A stretch of DNA of 64,000 nucleotides, taken from Eledone cirrhosa. Lineage: Eukaryota. Where the stretch lies: NCBI GenBank assembly GCA_964016885.1, contig OZ024740.1:291524001-291588000 (forward strand). Reading direction: 5' to 3'. Under the pieces are notes generated by a model. The model was not told the DNA's origin and ran no database searches. It saw nothing but the letters and a program-made list of their open reading frames with translations. Of the stretch, positions 11,933 through 24,774 are shown one piece after another; position 1 is the first letter of the stretch; each line of letters opens with the position of its first letter. Both the position numbers and the translations under genes were made by a program.

Positions 11933-13415
11933 ATAAAACCTACAAATCCCATCAGGCATGAAGTAGCTAATAAACACACTAGCCCCTGTTCTCTAGGGTT
12001 AGCTGACCTCATACCACTTCCATTCATGTGCTAGCAGCTTATTTGTCACTCTCCCTTTCATCAGCCATATAATGTATTCCCTCCAGAAATCCACACTAAC
12101 CACTCGTCTTTCATCCCCAGAATGCCAGCTGCTGGAATTACCTCCTGCATGTTTGTCTTGCAGCTGTCAACTTGCACAAAACATCAATTTTACAGACCCT
12201 TTCTTCAGACAAATGGTAGGGAGGGAAGGAGATTTGCATCCTACCATATGTCACAATGAGTCTCAAATAACATACCCACACTGCAATATTAAGTAGAAGC
12301 CACTATCAGATATTTCTTGAAAAATTAGGCACCAAAAATCACAAAACTACTACAAAATATACATCTTCCAGCTAGAACATGATTTTAACCCTTTCCTTCT
12401 AGCTGACACCCCTAAAAGCAGTAAATTTAAATAATGCAAACCCCTAGGGTTAGATAAAAATCACATTGAAGGCTTGACAGAATCCCTGCACTGACCAAAA
12501 TCTACAACTCTTCATATCATAAGTAAATTAGGAGGCCTCTTCTTGATTGCTTAAACTGCAAGAATAGCAGCCAAATCATACCATACTGTCTTAAATAAAG
12601 ATCATATTAGACAATGCAGTCCTCCATAACCCTAAAAAGATATGATCATAGTTAAAATACCTGTTCAACCAGGGATTGCTTGAGGTTAAACAATATACAA
12701 AGCCTCCTACACAGATGATCACATCCAACTATTTTCTAAGTAATGCAGCACAACTACTCCAAACTTACAACATTCTCCAAGAAACCAGATTACAAAATAA
12801 TAAACTTAAAGCAGGGTCTATAAAATTCCGTGTCTCCCCCTACCAGTAATGCTAGAGATCATATACAACCAATCAACCCAACAGCTCTTGCCACTGCATG
12901 ACACCCCCCCCCCCCCCCCACCACCACAAAAAAAGATCCAAACACATACATCCCAGAGTACTACTACAACAGTATCCTAAAAAGACTCCCTTTTCAGCCC
13001 AAACAAAATATTTGACAGGACATAGCTATAATTCAACAGCTTCATTTAACACTTAACACCATCAACAATAAGTGCAGAGGAACACCAACTGTTGCACTCT
13101 GGCTAATTTCACTTCTGCCCCCTTTAAATCTGCAGGTGTGCAGAAATAGATTAATCAGTGAAGAGAATAAAACATGTCAAAACAGTCATAATGCACTATC
13201 ACTGCATTTCGTTGTGTAGTGTGATTCTCAGTTGGGAAGATAGATTTGTAGATTGCACAAGTATGTTATATAAAATGTTCAACATGGACTGACCTGAGGC
13301 TACACAACAACAAAAGCATCAGAAACTCAAGAATATTCAACAATTTCATGAGGTAGCCTCAACCTTTTTAGCAATACTTTAATTAGCTCTAAGCAATTTC
13401 AAAATAGGTCTAAGC

Positions 13416-13538
13416 CAGTCATGGGCAAACTGCAGCCAGCAAGCCACATGCGGCCCATTTGGCTTTCGGAATGGCACACCTAATTTCAAAATTAGTCTAG
13501 AATTTTTTAGTAGTCTCGAAAAAGCTTGCCCATGCCTG
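13416..13538. mobile_element. hAT (Charlie-like) MITE, 123 bp
   Basis: TIRs cagtcatgggcaaact / agcttgcccatgcctg with a perfect 8-bp TSD gtctaagc on both sides. Confidence 0.9.
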
Positions 13539-14301
13539 GTCTAAGCCATCATAGATTGAGTGTTTTAGACTGATGGTGAAGTATAAGTTTTCTACCTTTT
13601 CCAGTTAAGATTAAGGAAGGAATAACATTTATTCTTAACTGTTGACAAGTATATACACTCAAAGACCAACAAATTCTGACAACCAAGTAACATTTTACAA
13701 TCTCCAGAAAACAAACTCGGCACACTCTTCTGATGAATAAATCACATAAAAACCTCATATACTCTACACATTAAATACAGCTATCTCTAATTACCATTCC
13801 TGTAAAACCTCTGACCTCAACATAGCTATAATTTCACCAAGAATAAGAGTCTTCTTTTCATTAAGTGTGTACTAAGTAGTTATTGACCTTTTACAAGGTC
13901 AACATCTACTCTAGATCTAGTATCGTTATCCACGCTATAAATTATTGCATCACATTTAAGACAAACTAATCTGACTCCATTATCTAGTGTTCAGCTGTGT
14001 CCTCTCTGCTTAACCTCCTCTCAAGTTGTTCACTCACTTCAATTTACTAGTTCTCTCTGCCAGTCTTACTTCAAAATACACACAACAAAAGCCAGTGTCC
14101 CACCCCGTATTCATGCCAAGCCATGTTATTTAAGACTACACTAAATACTTGTTTACCCATCCAGCTTTGTAACGACATTTAAACAAATTATAATGTTCGA
14201 AAATTCCTCTAGAAATAATTCACAACACTTTTGTGGCTATATTTCTAAGGAGTAGATTGACAAGTGTCCCAATTAATTTTCAAGAAAATCAATAAATATT
14301 A

Positions 14302-14345
<44 letters not shown>

Positions 14346-14462
14346 AGTGCTGACAAACTGAAATCATATTCATATGAGATTTATTTTTTAATTAGGGTTT
14401 AAATATGAATTAAAGTTGGTAATCAAAAAAGTTAAATCTCTTTTAAGTTTATATTTATTTAT

Positions 14463-14506
<44 letters not shown>

Positions 14507-17500
14507 TATACATACAAAAAAAAACAAAAAAACAACCAATGTCTACACCCTGTAGTGATCTAGAACTATAATAAAGCACCCAGTCCATCATTCCGGTAAG
14601 ACAGTTGTGTTGGTGGTATGAAAAAGCATGCAGTCCACCATGTAAGGTGGTCATACTGGTGACACGACAAAAAAGACCTTGTCCACCCTGTAATGTGGTT
14701 GGCATTAAAATGGGCATCCAACCATAAAAACCAAGCCAAATTACAGATCCATATGAGTAAGACATGGTCACCTGACTTGAATTGTCTGAACGTGACAACC
14801 CGTCTAACCCATGTAAGCATGATGATAATTATTACTGAGCAACATATATTTATAAAATAACTTATTTTGAAGATAAGAACAGTAAGTTAAATACCAACTG
14901 ATAAATGGATATTTTATTTATAAAATACTAATCCAAGAAATTTTGGTAGAACAATATAAATAACCATAATTCACTCACATTAACACTTTCATGACCACAT
15001 TTCTAATGAAATACATTCTTTCAATTAATTAATGAAGAATTTGAAGAGATTTACTAAAATTATTAATTATTCCATTACTAAGTAATGTAAGGTTCTTTTT
15101 CATCTTCGCCCACAATTATTAATTATTCCATTACTAGGTAAGGTTCTTTTTCTTCTTCACGCCACTTTGGGTCATGGGAGCAGAGTCCTCAAACACTCCT
15201 TCCAGCTGGTCCTGTCAGAATAAACCGTCTCCAACTGATCCAGCTGGATCCCCAAGCGATACCAGCCAAGCTCATGGATGATATCCAACCATCTTGCTCG
15301 AGGTCTACTCTGGGTCTCCCCCCAGCTGGTTTTGCTTGTAAAATCAGTCCAGCAATTCTTTCCCCGAGACATTCTAACCCCATGCCCATAAAATTATGTT
15401 GGAAGATTCAAATTTAAATTGGAAACTTTTAAAATGGGTGACTGTATTTCGTAGAACCAGAGCTGATTTTGGCCAGGTTGATAATTAAAGTGTTAAGCCA
15501 GGTAATTTTATATATGATTTATGTGAAATGCTGACGGTTTAGAACTTGATGTAAAATGAAGTGAGTTCCTTTTGTCATAATGAGGATGAAAGAGCATTTA
15601 AACAATCAATGGTGCCTAGTGTACAACTCCAAAAGAGAGTACTGGTAGAAGATAGGCAAGACTATAACTCTTCAACTACATTAACAAGACCTTCATGCAT
15701 CATGATTGTATCTCATTAAAAATTAGTCTTTAATGTTACTAATTTTCACCACAATCTCTCCACTAGTAAAAATAGTATAAACATTTGAATTAACAGATCT
15801 GTTCATCACAGAATGTTAAGAGAGAATACTGCAATTTTTCGCTATGATCTATCCACTAGAACTATTTAATTGAACACCTGTTTTAGGATATTTTCTACGA
15901 AATCATTACAAGATATTAAAAGTTGAAGTATATAAGCTATTGTTGATAAAGAACATGTTAAAGGAAGTAAATTGGTATAATGGGGTAGCTGAGAAAATTA
16001 GAGGAAACATCCTAATTGTAAGAGTAATTTCAAATGGTTAAATATATGTAAGTTAAACTCTTTAAAGTCTGACTAAAGAAAGGGAGAGAAATTCAACTAC
16101 AAAAAATAATGGATATACTTTGCTGAAATGTGCTTGATTCTGTGCTATTATCAAATAGTACATACTAATCAAAGCATTTCTCACTTCTCAGTAGTAACTG
16201 CCTTTTTTTATTCCCACCAATTCCATAATTTTATACGTTATTCATAATGTCACTATTTATCTTTGGCAAACAATAGAGCAATTCGTTTTTTGTACTATAT
16301 AGACATATGAACAATTTTTTTTTCATCTGTTAGTCAATTATTTAATCCATGCTTTCAATTTTGTCACCTGATTGTCTGTTGAATGTGATATCTTTACCTC
16401 TTACACTTTATTGAAGACCTCTCACTGATTTGGCTATCATGAGTATATATAAACTTAACCCTTCCTCCAGTAAACTCAGCTAAAAATGAGTATCAGCAGT
16501 TGCTGTGAGTTAACCCTGTAATGGACTGGTGTCTTGTACTGTCACTTAACGCCAATGAAAACAGATCAGCACTGGACTTGGGACAAACTTTAATTTTATC
16601 TGGAACATTTACAGATGAGTAAAGAATATGAGTTTCCTAATCTCTAAAAATTAATACAGAAAATTTAGCTGATGTGTATTTTTCTTAATATCCTTTTAAT
16701 GGATAACAAAAATACAAATAAGCTGACAATGTATACATTCACAGAATAATTTTAACTCTTACATTTTGAGTTTCAATTTAACAGCAATTAGTTGACTCAT
16801 TGTATTTAGACAGGATTCAGTTTGTGTAATCTTGAAAATATTTGGTTAGATGTTATCATTAAACATTGATAGTGAGTGCAATTATTTGTTTTTAACATGT
16901 GATACTGTTGGCTTCTAGAATTGAATCATTTCCTCAAATGGTTCTTGTTATTTAAAAATGATTAGATTACACCAATCACTGAATCAGGATGTTTAATAAG
17001 GGTTTTACTAAATAATTGTTTCTACTATTGGCACAAGGCCAGCAATTACCCAGTGTATTACTGGTACTTTATTTTATCGACCCCTTAAGGATGAAAGGCA
17101 AAGTTAACTTCGGTTACTAAATAATATACTCAAACTATGTAGTAAACTTCTGTGCATTATATTTATCATAAATTACAATTTAATTAAAATAATTCAACCT
17201 TATAAACAAATCCTTTCTGTTGGTCAGAATTGATATTACTAAAATGTCTTCCAACCCATACAAGCATGGAAAAACGGAAGTAAAAACGATGATGGTCAAT
17301 GTTAATTACTATGGGTAAAATAAAGGAGCATTTATCTTAAGCACCTCGCTAAGTAATCCAATTTTCTTTATTATCTATAGTGATTGGCTGATATTACAGA
17401 TATTTTTTCCATTTGGGATGCTCACATTTTCAAATGTCAAACACTGCCACCATCACTTCAATAATTCATAAGGTTTGTTTATATCCAGCTAGTCTAATAC

Positions 17501-17865
17501 CAAGCTGTAGCACCATTAATAAAAAGGTGTGAGAAAGTGTCAGTTACCAATTAGTGTAATGGAAATGCACTCAGTATTCAAAAGGTACAGTTTATTTACT
17601 CGAAGGTGACTGTTTACTTTTTTCTCTCTAAGGGTAATTTAGTCAATTTTTTCAACTAGTAGTATTACAGTTATTTTCTGCATTTGGGACGCTCACATTT
17701 TCAAATACAATCAAAATCTCAAAAAGTAAATCTCATTTTTAGAGAAAATGAATATTTTCATTCATAGTACTTTTCAATTGGTTTGATCTTCTTGGTAAAT
17801 AGTAGCAGAATGGATTATAACTAGGAATATTTATTTCTAACTTAAAGTAAATAACAATGAATGTA

Positions 17866-18037
17866 TCAGTAAATGTAGTCTGGTACCATATACATATAAA
17901 AGAATAAGATGATGACAATCAGCAAACAAACTGATAAAAATACAGTGTAGATGGAAATATTTGAAAATTGTTCATCTATATAAATATGAAATAATCTCAA
18001 CTCATCACAAACATTCAAATATTTCTCATAATTAAGC
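17866..18037 (-). CDS. Candidate terminal exon of the same protein (C-terminal TM helix)
   Basis: Acceptor ttccaaacacag|G is phase 2, matching the upstream donor. Encodes (K)LNYEKYLNVCDELRLFHIYIDEQFSNISIYTVFLSVCLLIVIILFFYMYMVPDYIY*. AATAAA lies 30 nt after the stop (17830-17835). Confidence 0.4.
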
Positions 18038-18096
18038 CTGTGTTTGGAATATAATTTTAACAAAGATTCTTAAATACAACTACTAAATTATCTTTT

Positions 18097-20674
18097 CTTG
18101 GACCAGTTCTTCGACGCAAAGCATAGAGGCTGCATTGTCAGAAGCAAAATACGTGCTCTGGGAAACGAGGGAGCCAAAGCTGTCAGCTGGGCCCGAGTGA
18201 TGGAGGCAAAAAGTGGCAACAAGTCCACGATTCGGTCTTTGAAGGACCAAGACGGACGCGTGATATGTGAGCCGAAGCAGATGTGTGCGGCCTTTCAGCG
18301 GCACTTTGCTCAACTGTTCGGGCGGGGCGGCGCGCTGGGAGGAGCTATGGATTTCGGTCCATACCTCGACGGCCTATTGCGACTCTCGAAAAGCGAGGCG
18401 AAGTTCTGTGAAAAGCCGATTTCAGCCGCTGAGATAGGGGACGCGCTGAGCCAATGTGGCAAACGCAAATCTCCAGGTCTCAACGGTCTACCCTACGAAT
18501 TTTACGTAGCAATGCCGGACTTGTTCTCCGGTCTCCTGCAACTGGCAGCAGAACGGGAGAATTCCCAGTTGTGACCAGGGACGTAGTCACACTAGTCAGG
18601 AAGGACAAGAATAAGGGGGATGACATAGGTAACTTCCGGCCCATAACTCTGCTAAACACAGAGTTACAGATTTTGGCCAAGGTGTTGGCAAAGAGGCTGG
18701 CGCTTGTCGTCGAAAACCTGGTGGGAGAAGCGCAGACATGCGCAATCCCGACCAGGTCCATACACGACACCCTCCACCTCATGTGATACATCATAGAGAG
18801 GGTAGGGTGTAAACCCGGCTTCGGTGGGGCCCTGATCAACTTGGATCAGTCTAAGGCTTTCAATAGGGTTGACCATCGTAACCTGGATGCGGTGGTCGAG
18901 GCGGCAGGCTTCGGACCCGTGTTCAGGGGCTGGATTGCTGCAATGCACAACAGCAACATCTGCTCAAGGATCAAGGTGAACGGCTTCCTCTCGGAGCCGT
19001 TCCATATCACGCGATCCATTCGACAGGGATGCCCTCTCTCCTCCCTTCTGTACGTACTGACTCTCGAGCCACTACTGCGGAAGTTGGAGCTATTGCAAGG
19101 CATCGCCTTAGAACCGGGATTGCGGAAAGCGGCGTCGGTCTACGCCGATGACGTGACTAATGGTCTCGAGCACCTCGCAAATCGAGGAAGTCGGCACCTT
19201 ACTGCAGGAATACGAAAGGTTCACAGGAGCGAAGCTGAACAAGTCCATCGGTTTGCAACTCGGATCCTGGAGAGGCAAACCGATGGCTTCCGATGGCGTT
19301 GTCGGACACTGGACGGAAGGACCGGTAAAGCTGCTCGGGTCTGGTGGGACCGGACCTCCAGGTGAAGAACTGGAATGAGGTGACGGCCAAGTGCAAACTA
19401 TCCTTGAAAGGTCGAGCGGAGGTGGCAAACACTTTTATAGCATCCGTCATCTACTACCGCTTGACCGTCGTGCCTTGTCCAGCCAAAATGCTCACCAAAA
19501 TGGAGCGCGCGCTTTCCAATTCCTTTGCAAGAGGCGGGCTCCTTTGGTGAGAAGATCCATCTGCTGCCAACACCCTTCCAACGGAGGGCTGGGGATGCTG
19601 TGGCTGACGATGCGCAAACACGCGCTTAGGCTGCGGCATCTCTACGTATTCCTCACCGGACAACCGGTGTGGGCCCCGTTCGTAAGGCGAGCCTTCCCAC
19701 GACTCGTCTCGCTGACCGAGCTGCAGTCCTGGGTCAAGCAAAGACCGAGGAAAATGGGCGACTGGAATATTGAATGTGCTCAGGCGCTCACAGTCCTCTG
19801 GCAAACTGACCCAACGATCAGTGGAGACTCCACTTCGTCATTTTATAGAGGGTTGGTCCGCAAAAAGTGCGATGACATGCTCGGAGAAACTCTGGGCGTA
19901 GAGGAGGATGAACTGGCCAGTCTGTTCGGTATGACCTTCCGCCCGGGACCAAAGGACAACTACCAAAAATCTCTGGCCTGGCAGTGCTACCGAGGAGCTC
20001 TACAGACACGGGCATCCGAGCAGGGACCCTTCGAAAAAGATCTGTCCGAGATGCGTGCGAGACGAGGAAACCGTCGCGCACTCATTTGTACACTGACCGG
20101 GCGTTACCGACCTGTGGGGCTATGTAGAACGACTATTGTCGCGTGTGGGACCAATCCAGTTGACCATCAAGTCAATTGTCATGATCAAACCGCCACTCTC
20201 CATCAAAAACGAGGGAGAGGCGGTTTTCCTATGTGTTATGGCCATGGTGAAAGAGGTTATATGGTGGACGAGGTTAAGAGGGCTGAGGTCAGACACCTTT
20301 CTCTCCGGTGAACAACTGATTCGTTTTTTCAAATATCATTTTGGAAGAAGAATCAGGATGGAGAGAGGTACTGTACACCAGCAAATTTTATAAAAGGTGG
20401 GTGAATGTGGCAAAGCTGGCCCGAGTGGTTGGGCCGTCTCTCTATATAAGCCTGTAGGTTGAGGAAAAAGAGGAAGAGAGGAGGGGAGTACTCACTCTTG
20501 GCGCTCCTGGAGATGAGGGTTGTACATTTTTTCGGGGTGTGTACAACCCTGTGTAATGCCTCCCCCCTATTGGGGATTTCAATTGTTATTTGTTATTTTT
20601 ATTAATAGTTTTATTTTCATATATCTGTATGTAAACTCCATTTCTATTTGTCCCCTTGTGGCTAATAAAGAAAT
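18097..20674 (+). mobile_element. 5'-truncated Tx1/L1-clade non-LTR retrotransposon, frameshifted ORF2 (RT) plus 3'UTR
   Basis: KSPGLNGLPYEFY, NFRPITLLN, DQSKAFNRVDH, RQGCPLS, YADD (19141) and GGLG motifs. GC/CpG-rich; ends aataaagaaat; TSD ttatctttt at 18088-18096 and 20675-20683. Confidence 0.95.
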
Positions 20675-21281
20675 TTATCTTTTAGATAAATAGTACCAGA
20701 ATTATTGATTCTTCTATATCTCTTTCTCACTTCCATTCTCTCACTCTATCCTTCTCTGGAAGAAATCTGCTGTATTCAGACCTAGAGAGTCGATGGGCTG
20801 AGCCAGGTTTAAAAATGCCTTAAAAAATGCCATATGTCAATATGGCGCACCTATGACACCATGTGCAGTTCTGTATCATTAAACCAGGGATAGTTTCAAG
20901 GAGTTTGGTTTCAAGAGGGTTAAAGTGTAGTTCATAATCCATTGTACTAAATATAGTAGAGATTCAAGTAAAGATTATCATCAGTTTTCTAATTGACACC
21001 ATTACACAAGCTGTGTGTAACAGTTCACAATCAGGACATTTTTTTATATTTAGCTTCTCTTGGAAATAAGTTTTTAACATTTAAAAACAGCAACTTCTCA
21101 ATCTGATTATCAACAAAATAGAGGTAATTAGTTAACTAGTTAAGAGTTAAGGATTGTGGGTTTTTTTTTTTTAATTTCTATAGGGAATGATGAAATAAGA
21201 TCTAAATTTTCAACTGAACTTGTTTTCATAAAAAACAATGTTAGAAATATAATTTCTGGAAAAGGGTGGAGGAACACTTAC

Positions 21282-21412
21282 TTGTATATGATTTTAGGGC
21301 TAATACCCGAGTGCCAGTTAATCCTCCAACATTTTTTAAGATTAAATTTAAACAATGAAACTTGATCCAGTAGAACATTGAAACAAATTATAACAATGAA
21401 AAATGTTTTCAT
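21282..21412 (-). CDS. Candidate exon 1 of an unknown 100-aa single-pass membrane protein (signal-peptide-like N-terminus)
   Basis: ATG preceded by an in-frame TAA; encodes MKTFFIVIICFNVLLDQVSLFKFNLKKCWRINWHSGISPKIIY+AA; ends at a consensus AA|GTAAGT donor, phase 2. Confidence 0.4.
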
Positions 21413-22815
21413 TTATTGGCCAAGATAGAAGCATTATCAAAAGATAAAGTAATATTTTTTTTACCGTTTGAACATTTGCTTTAAAGAATCTAAAATACTC
21501 CATCTATTTTCTGCAAAATCCCTACAATTGCTGTAATAATTTTTCTTCATTCTTACCTCAATTTGGTCATATGATTATAGTTATAGATATACTGACTGTT
21601 ATTGGGTATTTTGACACCATAAATATAGAAATATTTAAGATCTACATACCATTATCTAAAATACATTTTATTGTTAGTAACTTTGGAAAACTGGTTTAGA
21701 TTAATAATAGTTTCTTATATAGGCACAAGGCCAACCATTTTTGGGGAGGGGAAAGTCGATTTAATCGACCCCCAGTGCATGACTGGTACTTTATTTTATC
21801 GACCCCGTAAGGATGAAAGGCAAAGTTAACCTCAGCGAGATTTGAACTCAGCTCATAAAGGGCCGTAACTATGCTCTAAAGCATGGCATCTGACCCCCTA
21901 CCGATACTGCCAATCCACCACCCTTTAGATTGATAATAATCTTCAACTAACTTAGTATTTAAAATGTTTAATAAGTAAAATATGGGGATTGTTAAAAGTG
22001 TCTTATTTCTCAATGTTAGTAGTATTGATGGGGAATGGTTAGTGTAAATTGGAACATTTACATATTGTTGAAGAAAATGTTATAACTGGGTGTTGAACCT
22101 TAAAATCCATTAAATTGTGTAATATGAACGATTTCTGTTGATAAGCAAAATGAAGCCAGTAACGTTACACATTGTATGTAATTAGGTCACAATAATTAAG
22201 ATCTGAACTCGTCATATTGTTTATAGACCAGCATGAAAGTGATATGAAAATCAGATTCTTCTCGAAACAAAAGCTGGTTAGAGATGTCCAACCATCACCA
22301 CCAACAACAAAGCAGCACCACCACCACCACCACCAGAATTCTTCAGGCCATCAATTGAAAGTATACATCCTTATGGAGCACAATGTTGGACTTATACTAA
22401 TATATCTGGCTGGTCAAAACAACAACAAACATCAAGGAAAGCACATTTAACCAACAAATAGCTATATATATATATCAATGCTAACTAAACTTAGGCTAAA
22501 GTTCAGTGGACACATTGGAGAAGTAAAATGGATTAATTCACCAAATATTATGAGATCCAACACAAGGACAGAGAAAGCAAGGAAGACCTGCAACAACCTA
22601 CACTAAAGTGCTGGAATGTAACACTCATCAACGATGAAGTTCTAGCAGTTGCAGTGAAAGCTCATTGTTAATGAAGCTAGATCAAGACTAATTTGATGCT
22701 GATGAGACCAGCATTTTATCCTCACATTAGTTGTGCTTCAATGGCAGAGATAAATATATTAAAAAAGCAGTAACAAAACTTCAGAATTATGTTTCTTTCT
22801 CAAAACACCAACTCT

Positions 22816-23015
22816 TAACACTTTTGGTACCAACCCAGTCAAAACTGACTGATTCTATGAAATAAAATCACACTATTTAAATTAATATCTTCAAACATAA
22901 TTTTCTAAGTTATTGTCCTAGTTTTGAAATGATAATTTTAGTAAATCTTTTAAAATTCTTCATTAATTAATTGAAATAAAGTGGATTTCATTAGAAACAA
23001 TCATGAAAGGGTTAA
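22816..23015. mobile_element. TTAA-flanked MITE family 2 (other copies about 14980-15496, 32268-32504, 36266-36510, 39751-39961)
   Basis: Ends ttaacacttt...gaaagggttaa; shared interior motifs (ataccaac, aattaattgaaa, tttcattagaa). Confidence 0.65.
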
Positions 23016-23856
23016 ACTGTTTCAATCCAGCACTCATTATCTAAAGGAACTTTACAATATTCTTGCTACTACTTAAAGCATCTCAAAATAGCATTTCTCT
23101 TGAAATCATAATTAGATTTCTTCAGTTTTAACACAATGCATGTAAAAAGTGACAGTATAAGAGAAAGAAATGGGAAGACAGGTAGAAGTGTTAACATCAC
23201 AATTTCCAGTTTTATTATATCTAAGTAGAAAATTGAAAGTTTTGTGTAGATAATGTTACACATCACATTTTATCACATTTTAAAGGAGAAAAAGTACATT
23301 TATATAAATGAAAAAAAAAAGAAATGTCAATTTTGAGGAAAGATTATTTGAATGGTGTCTGTCACATATTTTCTTCAAAACATATACCATACCCGCCTGA
23401 AAGTATAAATATAAATACACACACATGCCATGAAAATCACTTGTCTATACAAAGGCAAAAGTTCTTGCAATTTACCAAATATTTTAAGGAAAAATTCTTT
23501 TAAAAATAACATTTAAACAAAATCAATTTTAACACCTACATAGAATCACTTGCCCCTTGTCCTTAGATAATTATCATTGTAGTTTGGAAGTTTACAGCCA
23601 CCAAGTCTACTCAGGTGACCATAAAAACAGCTTTGACAGTGAGGAAAATGAAATTTAACCCTTTAGCATTTAAACTGGTCATAATTCTATCACCTCTTTC
23701 TGTTCAAACTGGCCGTAACTAGCCACTCATACTGGCATTACGGTATTGTTCTCAAAATAAATAACATCAAAATCTCATAGATCCGAAATTATGTAAGATA
23801 AAGCCTTTACAATGAAAATATAATAGTAAATATAGAGTAATGCAAATGCTAAAAAG

Positions 23857-23889
<33 letters not shown>

Positions 23890-24644
23890 AGAAAGAAAAG
23901 GAAAAATAATTGTTTCTACGTTAGGCACAAGGCCAGCAATTACCCAGTGTATTACTGGTACTTTATTTTATCGACCCCGTAAGGATGAAAGGCAAAGTTA
24001 ACCTCGGCGGGATTTGAACTCAGAATGGCAAGGGTCGTAACTATGCGTCAAAGCATGGCGTCCGACCCTCTACCGATACTGCCAATCCACAATAATGAGT
24101 AAGAAAATGTATGTTGTGTAGATGAATTTATATGAGTACAATTTTTAAGATTATAATAGTATATCTAACAAATATTAGCAGTAGAAATGAGCATATAAAG
24201 AAACTATGTTGTCCCACAACTTGTTAGAAATAGCAGCAAACTCTCCTTTAAATCACACCCTATCATATAAAACAAAAGGAAGGATATGTATATTAATGAT
24301 ATACAAAAAAGCAGGATGGTCATTGCAAGAATATCTTTGATCCTAGGTCTGCTTGAACAGAGTTGTCCAGGGACCAAGCAACAACTATCCAGTTACACAC
24401 ACACCCCTTATTTACTACAGCTTTAGTCAGAAAAACTAAAAGAAAAATATATCACAGATGGAACTCGTTTTTATAACACAATTTACCCCGCAATACTCAT
24501 TTAATCCCCAGACAATTTTTGCTTGGCATATAGATTTATCAATATCATTTCTAAGGAGCCTCTTTTCCAAAGTTTTAAGACTGCAATTTAAGTAATACAA
24601 TCTCACTCAATGAATAACCTAGTAGTACTGAAACCTATATGAAC

Positions 24645-24714
24645 AGTTAAGAATTTAAGAACCATTCTTTACAATGTGATCACATTGTAAAGAATGGTTT
24701 TTAAATTCTTAACT
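24645..24714. repeat. 70-bp spacerless palindrome
   Basis: agttaagaatttaagaaccattctttacaatgtga|tcacattgtaaagaatggtttttaaattcttaact, one mismatch. Confidence 0.95.
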
Positions 24715-24715
24715 T

Positions 24716-24774
<59 letters not shown>

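Noticed and set aside
18083-20332. Minus-strand ORFs within the LINE
   Set aside because: Antisense frames of GC-rich RT coding sequence.
21465-21641. Two mini-exons DLKYFYIYGVKIP...KLR / FFKANVQT
   Set aside because: Weak acceptor and donor and a 65-nt intron; better explained as UTR of the 21282-21655 exon or as chance.
23069-23266. Hydrophobic 65-aa ORF with TM-like stretch
   Set aside because: Non-ATG start, no convincing splice sites; typical AT-rich chance ORF.
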